Made by a program: the position numbers and the translations under genes | In this document: positions 1 through 7,434 of the stretch, one piece after another | How the letters are laid out: each line of letters opens with the position of its first letter | Numbering within the stretch: the stretch's first letter is position 1 | From: an uncultured candidate division Zixibacteria bacterium | Lineage (GTDB): Bacteria > Zixibacteria > MSB-5A5 > GN15 > FEB-12 | NCBI GenBank assembly: GCA_963664195.1 | Contig: OY760907.1 | Span: 2,240,001-2,304,000 of the forward strand | DNA length: 64,000 nt | Reading direction: 5' to 3' | The notes under the pieces: generated by a model | Database searches by the model: none | Told to the model about the DNA's origin: nothing | Seen by the model: only the letters and a program-made list of their open reading frames with translations

Positions 1-2781
1 CTGGCATTCAGGCTGAAGCGTCTTGACGGCGAGATCGCTCACGTCGAGACGACAGCGTTGTATATCACCTTTGGCGGGGAGTCGGCCGAACTGGTCTTCG
101 CTCGTGATGTGACCGAGCGCAAGCGGGCGGAAAAGGCCCTGTTGGAATCCGAGAGGCAGTATCGCGACGTGTTTGAGAACTCCCAGATAGGCTTCTACCG
201 ATCAACTCCAGGCGGATTTGTCTCTATGGCCAACCCGGCTCTAATCAACATGCTCGGATACAACACGCTGGAGGAACTGCAGCAGATCGACATTGGCCAC
301 GAGATGGCGCGAGTCGGTTATGTCAGGGAAGAGTTTCAGCAACAGATTGAACGCGACGGGTTTGTCAGATCTCTCGAAATGCCGTGGCCGACCAGAGACG
401 GGCGACCGCTGACCGTCGTGGAAAACGCGCGCGTGGTTCGAGATGAGGACGGCAGCGTGCTCTACTATGAGGGATCGGTCGAGAACATAACTGATCGCAA
501 GCTTGCCGAAGATCAGTTGAGGCAGGAGAAAAACCGCTATCGACGCATCTTCGAGAGCATTCAGGACGTCTATTTTGAAACCGATCTCGAGGGCACGCTG
601 CTCGAAATCAGCCCCTCTGTCGAGATTCTATCAAGACACAAACGCGACAATGTACTTGGTAAGTCGGTCTACGACGTCTATGCCGACTCGACCGCGAGGG
701 TTGTCCTGTTTGAAGCGATGAAACAAACCGGCCGAGTGGAGGATCACGAAATATCTCTGTTGGATGCAGACGGCAGCATTCTGAAGTGCTCCCTCATTGC
801 AGAGTATCTCACGGACGGGGCCGGAATGCCGATTGGACTTGTAGGCTCTCTCCGCGATATTACCGCGCAAGAGGCTGCGGCCGACGCTTTGCGGGCCAGC
901 GAGCAGCGGTTCCGCAACGTCTTCAGAACCTGCCCGGATTCGATCATGGTCAGCAGGATGAGCGACGGCAAAATCGTTGATGTCAACGACGCCTTCATCA
1001 CGGATTTCCGGTATGCCCGGGAAGAAGTAGTCGGTTTCACGACCAAAGAACGGAACATCTGGGCGGACTACTCTGACCGTGACGGCTTCGTCAAACGGCT
1101 GATCACCGACAAGTCAGTCGACAACTTCGAGACCAGCTTCTGCCTCGAAGACGGAACGGCGGTGAGGCACCTCGTTTCTGCCACATTGATCGACCTGGAC
1201 GGCGTTCCCCATATCCTGTCGGTAGCCAGAGATGTTGAAGAGCGGTTGGCTGCCGAGCAGAAGTTGCAGCAGCAGCATGAGTTGCTGACGGCCACTATCG
1301 ATTCGCTCACGCATCCTTTCTACTTGATTGATGCCAACGACTACTCCATCAAGTTGGCCAACACGGCAGCGGGTTTCGGAGTGATAGACGGGCAGCAGAG
1401 ATGTCATGTCCTAACTCACGGGAACAAAAGACCGTGCGGAGAGGCGGGAATAGTATGCCCGGTTGAGATTGTGAAGAAAACCGGTCGGGCCATGACGGTC
1501 GAGCACCTGCATACGGACGCAAACGGTGGGCTGCGCAGCTACGAGGTACACGCTTATCCGATTATGAACGGTGATGGCAGCGTCGCCAGCGTCATCGAAT
1601 ATTCCATGGACATAACCGACCGCAAGAAGATGGAAGAGGAACTGCTTAAGATCCAGAAACTTGAGTCGGTCGGAGTACTTGCCGGTGGCATCGCGCACGA
1701 TTTCAATAATACGCTTACCGGTATTCTCGGCAACATATCTCTGGCCAAACTGGACATTCCCGAATCGACTGAGTGCTTCACTGCATTGGATGAGGCAGAA
1801 AAGGCTGCCGTGCGTGCGAAAGATCTTACTCAACAGCTGCTCACTTTCTCCAAGGGCGGGCAGCCGGTGAAGAAGGCCGCATCGATTGTTGAAATGATAC
1901 GCGAGTCGGCATCGTTCATTCTGCGCGGCTCCCAAGTTGCCTACGAATTGGAAGTCGCTCCCGATTTGCGCTCCGTGGAAATCGATTCCGGGCAAATCAG
2001 TCAGGTCTTCCAGAATCTTACGATGAATGCAATGCAGGCCATGCCGACCGGCGGCACGGTTTCGATACGCGTTGAGAATCGGACCGTTTCGGCGCATAGT
2101 CTCTTGCCGTTGGCCCAGGGTGACTTCGTCAAAATCACTTTTGCCGATGATGGCCACGGGATTCCGGCCGACCAGTTGCAGCGCGTGTTTGATCCCTATT
2201 TCACGACCAAGCAGACCGGCAGCGGGCTTGGCCTGACTACTACGTTTTCCGTAATTAAGAACCACGGCGGTCACGTCGCGGTTGACTCGCAGGTGGGGGT
2301 TGGGACAACATTCCGGATATATCTGCCTTCGTCCGGCGGACCGCAATCGGAGTCAATACCGGCAGCAGAGCAGGCCCTCAACGGCAGCGGCAAAGTGCTC
2401 GTGATGGACGACGAGGACTTCATCAGGGAATTGGTGGCCCGAGTCCTCAGTCGTTACGGCTATCAGACTGTAGGGGCCTCCGACGGCGTTGAGGCTCTCC
2501 GCCTCTACGACAGCGCGCTGCAGTCCGGCGAGCCGTTTGATCTGGTGATCCTCGATCTCACTATTCCCGGAGGAATGGGGGGACGTGAGACGATGGCCTC
2601 GCTGCTGAAGATCGATCCTCACACGGTAGGTATTGTCGCTTCAGGGTACTCCAATGACCCGGTCATGGCTGATCCGGAGACCTACGGATTCCGCAGCGTT
2701 GTAGCTAAGCCTTTCCGGCCCGCCGAACTCGGCGAAGTAGTCTTCAGTCTGATGGCTGCCGGGGAAATCCAGGGCGACTAA
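1..2781 (+). CDS. Multi-PAS hybrid sensor histidine kinase/response regulator (5' truncated by window edge)
   Basis: Frame is open from base 1. At least 5 PAS/PAC units ending in 'D(I/V)T.RK'-like motifs, H-box 'AGGIAHDFNN', HATPase 'DDGHGI..FDPYFTTK..GSGLGL', C-terminal REC 'VLVMDDE..DLVILDLTIPG..KPF'. Confidence 0.93.
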   Translation: MAFRLKRLDGEIAHVETTALYITFGGESAELVFARDVTERKRAEKALLESERQYRDVFENSQIGFYRSTPGGFVSMANPALINMLGYNTLEELQQIDIGHEMARVGYVREEFQQQIERDGFVRSLEMPWPTRDGRPLTVVENARVVRDEDGSVLYYEGSVENITDRKLAEDQLRQEKNRYRRIFESIQDVYFETDLEGTLLEISPSVEILSRHKRDNVLGKSVYDVYADSTARVVLFEAMKQTGRVEDHEISLLDADGSILKCSLIAEYLTDGAGMPIGLVGSLRDITAQEAAADALRASEQRFRNVFRTCPDSIMVSRMSDGKIVDVNDAFITDFRYAREEVVGFTTKERNIWADYSDRDGFVKRLITDKSVDNFETSFCLEDGTAVRHLVSATLIDLDGVPHILSVARDVEERLAAEQKLQQQHELLTATIDSLTHPFYLIDANDYSIKLANTAAGFGVIDGQQRCHVLTHGNKRPCGEAGIVCPVEIVKKTGRAMTVEHLHTDANGGLRSYEVHAYPIMNGDGSVASVIEYSMDITDRKKMEEELLKIQKLESVGVLAGGIAHDFNNTLTGILGNISLAKLDIPESTECFTALDEAEKAAVRAKDLTQQLLTFSKGGQPVKKAASIVEMIRESASFILRGSQVAYELEVAPDLRSVEIDSGQISQVFQNLTMNAMQAMPTGGTVSIRVENRTVSAHSLLPLAQGDFVKITFADDGHGIPADQLQRVFDPYFTTKQTGSGLGLTTTFSVIKNHGGHVAVDSQVGVGTTFRIYLPSSGGPQSESIPAAEQALNGSGKVLVMDDEDFIRELVARVLSRYGYQTVGASDGVEALRLYDSALQSGEPFDLVILDLTIPGGMGGRETMASLLKIDPHTVGIVASGYSNDPVMADPETYGFRSVVAKPFRPAELGEVVFSLMAAGEIQGD

Positions 2782-2866
2782 TCTGTCGGGGGCTGGTCTC
2801 TGTCTAGCTCAATCCGCGAATATCTTGTTGCTTCTCCTGATTTGATCAATGTACCATCGTACTGAT

Positions 2867-2923
2867 GGGGGATACAGGTCGGGCAACTCACAAGCTCGGC
2901 CTTGTCCCCGTATCCCCGTTTTT
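2867..2923 (+). terminator. Hairpin plus T-run after the kinase gene (possible intrinsic terminator)
   Basis: ggggatac..gtatcccc outer stem and ggtcgggc/gctcggcc inner stem, followed by gttttt. Confidence 0.4.
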
Positions 2924-2960
2924 ATCGACCGAGTCTCGACCCGTATTGCCCATTCATTTG

Positions 2961-2990
2961 TTGACCTCCGAATCTCAAGTCCGATATATT
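2961..2990 (+). promoter_or_regulatory. Putative sigma70-type promoter of the PAAR/effector operon
   Basis: TTGACC-N18-TATATT about 40 bp before the GGAGGA RBS (3021) and ATG 3033. Confidence 0.45.
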
Positions 2991-3032
2991 GTCAATAGTA
3001 CCGCAAGTTCCAGATTGCAGGGAGGATTCCTG

Positions 3033-4214
3033 ATGGGCAAACCGGCCGCCCGATGTACCGACATGGTAAAGACATGTAATGACCCGACCGACCTTCCAAC
3101 GTGTCAGATCGTTGCCGTGGGAACTGTATTGATTAATAACCTTCCCGCTGCCAAACAAGGGGATCAGGTCGTTGGGATGGATACCCACATCGTTCTGATA
3201 CCGTCTCCCGGGGGACCGATACCAACCCCATTGCCGCATCCCTACATGGGGCAGTTGATGGACGGGTTGTCCTCGAGCGTTTTCATTGAGGGCAAGCCGG
3301 CCGCTATCCAGGGGTCCAAATCGATGAACATGCCGCCGCACATTCCACAGGGAGGACCGTTTCAGACACCTCCCTCCAATCAGGGGGAGGTCATGATGGG
3401 GAGCCCCACTGTGTTCTTCGGAAACGGCGGCAGTGGCGGTGGCAGTGGTGGTGGCAGCGGTGATTCCGCTCAGGGGCGCAAGCTTGAGGCATCGACCGCG
3501 GAAGGACATTCGCTTGATGTCAAGTTCGTCGACAAGGGAGGCAAGCCCATAACAGGAGCCAAATACTCCGTGAAAGGACCGGATGGAAAAACCTCCGAGG
3601 GTTCCCTCACCGGTAGTATTCAGCAATCCAGTTCCACCGATGGTGATCACGAAATCACAATTACAGCAATCACCAAAGCCGAATGGTCGGCCAAGTCGGC
3701 CCGTGACGGCGAGACAGTCAAGATGAAGATGGAGGGTGCAGGGTTTGCCGACGGTGCGAAGGCTTCGTTTGAAGTCTGGGAGAAGGACATGAACCGCGCT
3801 GACAAACAGATTACTGTCGTCAGTGATGTTGACGTGTCGAGCGACAAAGCGGAGGCGGAATGGCAGTACGTGTACGAAAACGAGGATGAAGCACCCAATC
3901 AGCCTCAGGAAGGCCACAAATACTCTGAGCCTTCGTACTATTTCATCGTCAAAGCAGGGGGGCTTCAGGCCCGATCATCGATATTGGAATACAAAGACTT
4001 CATTGAGATTCGTCTGAAGGATCACAACGGCGAGGTTGCGGCAAACGCTGCCTATCGGGTTTTTCTGCCAAATGGCGAAGTCAAACGCGGCAATCTCGAT
4101 CCTGACGGGTACAAAAGGATAGAAAACGTGCCACCCGGGCGTTGGAGAGTAGAATTCCCCGATCATGGCATCGCAGAGGAAGGGCAGTCCGGCGGGGAAC
4201 AGCAAGGTCAGTGA
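3033..4214 (+). CDS. PAAR spike-tip protein with Gly/Ser linker and C-terminal Ig-like/transthyretin-like domains
   Basis: Three PAAR-type motifs (KPAAR, LPAAKQGD, KPAAIQGS) with 'GSPTVFFG' end, a GGSGGGSGGGSG linker and TTR-like 'VKFVDKGGKPITGAKYSV..DG' and 'IRLKDHNGEVAANAAYRV..DPDGY..NVPPG'. Start moved to ATG 3033 because of the RBS. Confidence 0.88.
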   Translation: MGKPAARCTDMVKTCNDPTDLPTCQIVAVGTVLINNLPAAKQGDQVVGMDTHIVLIPSPGGPIPTPLPHPYMGQLMDGLSSSVFIEGKPAAIQGSKSMNMPPHIPQGGPFQTPPSNQGEVMMGSPTVFFGNGGSGGGSGGGSGDSAQGRKLEASTAEGHSLDVKFVDKGGKPITGAKYSVKGPDGKTSEGSLTGSIQQSSSTDGDHEITITAITKAEWSAKSARDGETVKMKMEGAGFADGAKASFEVWEKDMNRADKQITVVSDVDVSSDKAEAEWQYVYENEDEAPNQPQEGHKYSEPSYYFIVKAGGLQARSSILEYKDFIEIRLKDHNGEVAANAAYRVFLPNGEVKRGNLDPDGYKRIENVPPGRWRVEFPDHGIAEEGQSGGEQQGQ

Positions 4215-4215
4215 C

Positions 4216-4569
4216 ATGGCAGATATTGACATCATCAGATCAGAACGTGTCATGCGACAGAGCCGGGAGTTTTTCGCGCCACCGCCTTGCCATATCTCCG
4301 TGCAGCTTCGCAGCAACTCAGGACAGGTCCCCCTAGCAGAAATCCAATTCTATCTCAGAGTAAGCGAACTGAGAAGCGAGGAAGGAACCACCGACAGCGA
4401 GGGGTGTCTGACGGTAGGCAACGTTCCTCCGGGCGACTACGTCCTCGAACTGCCGGACAAGGGATTCGAATTGTTGGTTTCAGCGATCCCGGCCACGGTA
4501 GATCGCACTGTGGTGCGAGTGGCAGGCTACATGTTTGACGAACGCAACGATGACCGGGGAGACGCCTGA
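4216..4569 (+). CDS. Small stand-alone transthyretin-like/carboxypeptidase-regulatory-like domain protein (putative T6SS cargo adaptor)
   Basis: 'VQLRSNSGQVPLAEIQF..GTTDSEGCLTVGNVPPGDYVLEL'. Tightly coupled to both neighbours (TGACATG, TGATG). Confidence 0.6.
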   Translation: MADIDIIRSERVMRQSREFFAPPPCHISVQLRSNSGQVPLAEIQFYLRVSELRSEEGTTDSEGCLTVGNVPPGDYVLELPDKGFELLVSAIPATVDRTVVRVAGYMFDERNDDRGDA

Positions 4570-5951
4570 TGCCCAATTTTCGGCTGGCTCTCTCTCCCGG
4601 AGTGATTTACGATCTTAGTGAGACGATACTCGTTTCGCTTACGTCGCCAAGAGCCGCGACAGCGGTTACGCTTCGCCTTGTCGAGATGGACAGTTGGCAG
4701 TATTTGAGTGACACGATGTCCGAGCGAGGCTCTACCGGCAGGGACAGTTTTGCCGAGTTCACCGGGGCCGTAACGGATGGCCATTTCGTCCCCGCCACAA
4801 CGCCCACCGCACCTGCCGATGACACTGTGCCGGCGATTCATATTCAGTTCGAAGGTGACGACACGGTGCACGATATCCCCCTGCCGAATGTCGGTCTGGA
4901 AGGGGAGGGGGGCGAACTGGAGGTCGGCATTCATATCGCAGGGACGGTTGGCACTGCCGCCCGGGAGTACGTGACGCCGAACCCCGTTTTTGTACGTCAT
5001 CCTCGTGTCACCGGTCAGGAGAACCGGGCGATCATTACGTTCATCACCAGCGACGATGAGGAGGACCCGTACTATCGCGAGGCCATGCGGTACTGGGAAG
5101 TGCGCGCCGATTCCATTCTCGTCTACACCTCCCTGCAGAGAATTTTCGAGTATCTCAATACACACACTCTGCCCGGCGGTCAGCCCTGGGGACAAATCAA
5201 TATCGTTGCTCACGGCATGGGACAACAATGGCAGATGGGGCTTTTGTACACCGATACGGCTGAGTGGATTACTCCCTCGATGATCCGTGACCGTGTCGGG
5301 CATGCCAGTCTTCCCGCACCGCCGGAGGAACGAATCGACTCCAATACATCGATTATTCTTCGCGGGTGTCAACTCGGTCGCAACCAGGATATGCTGGATG
5401 CCGTATGCGAGCTGTTTGGGGGGCGATGCAAAGTGTTGGCACCGAGATACATTCAGACATATCAGCGCCATGACGAAACGATGCGGGAGCTTTTCTACGA
5501 GAGCTTCATGTTCTACGTCCCCGGCTCCTCCGCTCCGGCTCCGGGTGTATGCGTGACACGACTGCAAGAGGCTTACAGCAACCGGTCCGATGTGAATTTC
5601 AGGAGCCTCATCGGCAATCCCGCCGCCAGACACGATTCCCATCCTCCTCTTCGCATACAGGTGGTGGTAGAGAACACCGGAGCGCTACCCGCCAGCGAGG
5701 CAGCGTACATGGTGGCACTGGACGCCAACTGGGTGAGCGGAGAAGATTCATATTTCACCGAGCGCGCCGACTGGCGATGGACCCACGCAGAGGAGTTCAT
5801 CGAAACGGTAAACGACCAGCCGGTTCACGACATCACGTTCACAGGCACTCGTTACCGGGTTGAAGTACGTCAGGTACTGGCAGACAGTTCGGACAATGTA
5901 GTAGTACCGGACATCACTAACACGGATCACTTCGGACGGTCACCGGCCTGA
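4569..5951 (+). CDS. Putative T6SS effector with caspase-hemoglobinase-fold (clan CD-like) His-Cys motif
   Basis: 'INIVAHG' about 50 aa before 'IILRGCQLG', the spacing seen in C80/DUF4347-like domains. Sits in the PAAR cassette; no signal peptide. Confidence 0.55.
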   Translation: MPNFRLALSPGVIYDLSETILVSLTSPRAATAVTLRLVEMDSWQYLSDTMSERGSTGRDSFAEFTGAVTDGHFVPATTPTAPADDTVPAIHIQFEGDDTVHDIPLPNVGLEGEGGELEVGIHIAGTVGTAAREYVTPNPVFVRHPRVTGQENRAIITFITSDDEEDPYYREAMRYWEVRADSILVYTSLQRIFEYLNTHTLPGGQPWGQINIVAHGMGQQWQMGLLYTDTAEWITPSMIRDRVGHASLPAPPEERIDSNTSIILRGCQLGRNQDMLDAVCELFGGRCKVLAPRYIQTYQRHDETMRELFYESFMFYVPGSSAPAPGVCVTRLQEAYSNRSDVNFRSLIGNPAARHDSHPPLRIQVVVENTGALPASEAAYMVALDANWVSGEDSYFTERADWRWTHAEEFIETVNDQPVHDITFTGTRYRVEVRQVLADSSDNVVVPDITNTDHFGRSPA

Positions 5952-5986
5952 ACGCGCGGTGTCCCGTCGATGACATAGAGGTATTT

Positions 5987-6439
5987 ATGTGGCGAACCAA
6001 AAGCTTGAGCAACCCGTTCAGGTTTGACCTTCCCGCCGGATGGGAAGACCAGACCGTGTACAACTTCATCGGACCGGAGGCCTGCGGAATCCGTCACAGC
6101 CTGAGATTGACAATTGATCGTCGATTGCAGTTGGAGACGGTGCGGGATTTCGCTCGTCAGCAGACAGCGCCGATCGTGGAATCACTTCAAGGGGTCGAGG
6201 TGCTGAAGGATGAAGAAGTGACCATCGATGGCAGCAATCCGTGCTGGGAGTTCGTTTACAAGTGGACCCCGAGCGATCAACGGACGACGTTCCAGAAACA
6301 CGTATTTGTCGTCAAGGATGGTATGGGATTCAACTTCGCCGCCACGTTCACCAAGAACACCATCAAATCTGTCGGCAGCCAGTTGTACGATGTCGTTGAC
6401 AGTCTCCTGCCCGGAACCTACCAGCCGATAGATGACTGA
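5987..6439 (+). CDS. DUF1795/DcrB (PsbP-like, Eag-type) effector chaperone
   Basis: 150 aa, 'FRFDLPAGWEDQTVYNF', with the beta-rich PsbP-like pattern 'EVTIDG..WEFVYKW..FQKHVFVV..FNFAAT'. Located in a T6SS cargo cassette. Confidence 0.7.
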   Translation: MWRTKSLSNPFRFDLPAGWEDQTVYNFIGPEACGIRHSLRLTIDRRLQLETVRDFARQQTAPIVESLQGVEVLKDEEVTIDGSNPCWEFVYKWTPSDQRTTFQKHVFVVKDGMGFNFAATFTKNTIKSVGSQLYDVVDSLLPGTYQPIDD

Positions 6440-7431
6440 TGTCTGAGCTTAAGTTCACAAAGGGTGTAGACTCCGAGCACGAAATCGAGCTTGAATCCAG
6501 CCTGATTTCAGCTTCCTGGCGTACCGGACTCGCAATCGGCGGGACCAATGCGAAACTGGAAGTTCGCACCTGTTTTGTCGGCAACGGCGCCACTATCAAA
6601 ATCACCGCCCACTCCGAGAGCGGCAGTCGGCTCGGTAAGATCAAGGACAAGATCAGAAATAACATCTATTTAGGGGAAATCCCGATTCCGGGCGACATAG
6701 AGGAAGGCGATCGTGTCTATTTCGAGGTCGATTTGCCGAAAAACGGTGTCTCCGGTGAGTCGACAATGATACCGGCCACACCGCCCGTAGTCGTCAGCAA
6801 TATGCGATGGAGTGCAGAGGAGGCTCGTCGCGGCGACGTCCTTGAATTGACTGCCGAGGTGGAAGGAATTCGCAGCAACACGCCGGTGAGCCTGGTCATC
6901 TACGAGTATGATCGAGACAGTGCCCACGACAAAATAGCCACTATCCCGGCTGAAGTTGTCGGGGGCCGAGTAGAGGCGTTGTGGGAGTATGAGTATCACG
7001 AGGACACCGACGAGATTCCGACCGAAGAAGAAATGCAGGAGTACGGTCGAAACTACAATCCGCCGGAGTACTTCTTCACGATCCTTTATGAGGGGCAGGA
7101 ATTCGGTCGCGAGCAGGAATCCGGTCTGCTTCTTTTCAAAGACTGGGTCTGTTTGAAACTGGTCGACGGTCAAGGCAATCCAATCGGTGAGAAAGACTAC
7201 CAAGTCACATTGCCCGACGGTGAAACGCGCTCCGGCAAGCTGGACAGAAACGGTCGGGCCAGACTCGATAACATTCCGCCCGGACGGATTACCGTGCAGT
7301 ATCAGGACTTGTACCCAGAGATAGAGGAGGTTGAAATCGACAACGTGGAAGAGGATACGGTCGACGAAGACCCTCTTGGGGAAGGTGATTACTACGACGA
7401 CAGCGACGATATATCGAGCGAGGAGACATAA
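6439..7431 (+). CDS. Ig-like/TTR-like module protein paralogous to the PAAR C-terminus, with acidic tail
   Basis: Shares 'WSA..AR.G', 'EA.W.Y.Y', 'Y..P.Y(Y/F)F', 'L.(Y/F)KD', 'LP.GE...G.LD..G...N(V/I)PPGR' with 3033-4214. C-terminus is very Asp/Glu rich. Confidence 0.7.
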   Translation: MSELKFTKGVDSEHEIELESSLISASWRTGLAIGGTNAKLEVRTCFVGNGATIKITAHSESGSRLGKIKDKIRNNIYLGEIPIPGDIEEGDRVYFEVDLPKNGVSGESTMIPATPPVVVSNMRWSAEEARRGDVLELTAEVEGIRSNTPVSLVIYEYDRDSAHDKIATIPAEVVGGRVEALWEYEYHEDTDEIPTEEEMQEYGRNYNPPEYFFTILYEGQEFGREQESGLLLFKDWVCLKLVDGQGNPIGEKDYQVTLPDGETRSGKLDRNGRARLDNIPPGRITVQYQDLYPEIEEVEIDNVEEDTVDEDPLGEGDYYDDSDDISSEET

Positions 7432-7434
7432 GCG

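Noticed and set aside
2865..3032. N-terminal extensions given by the ORF track (PAAR 2865, AGCS 33328, phosphatase 33253, lipoprotein 39386, rocD 46295, rpe 47607, kinase 61048)
   Set aside because: They overlap promoters, terminators or neighbouring genes; downstream starts with an RBS or a family-typical N-terminus fit better.
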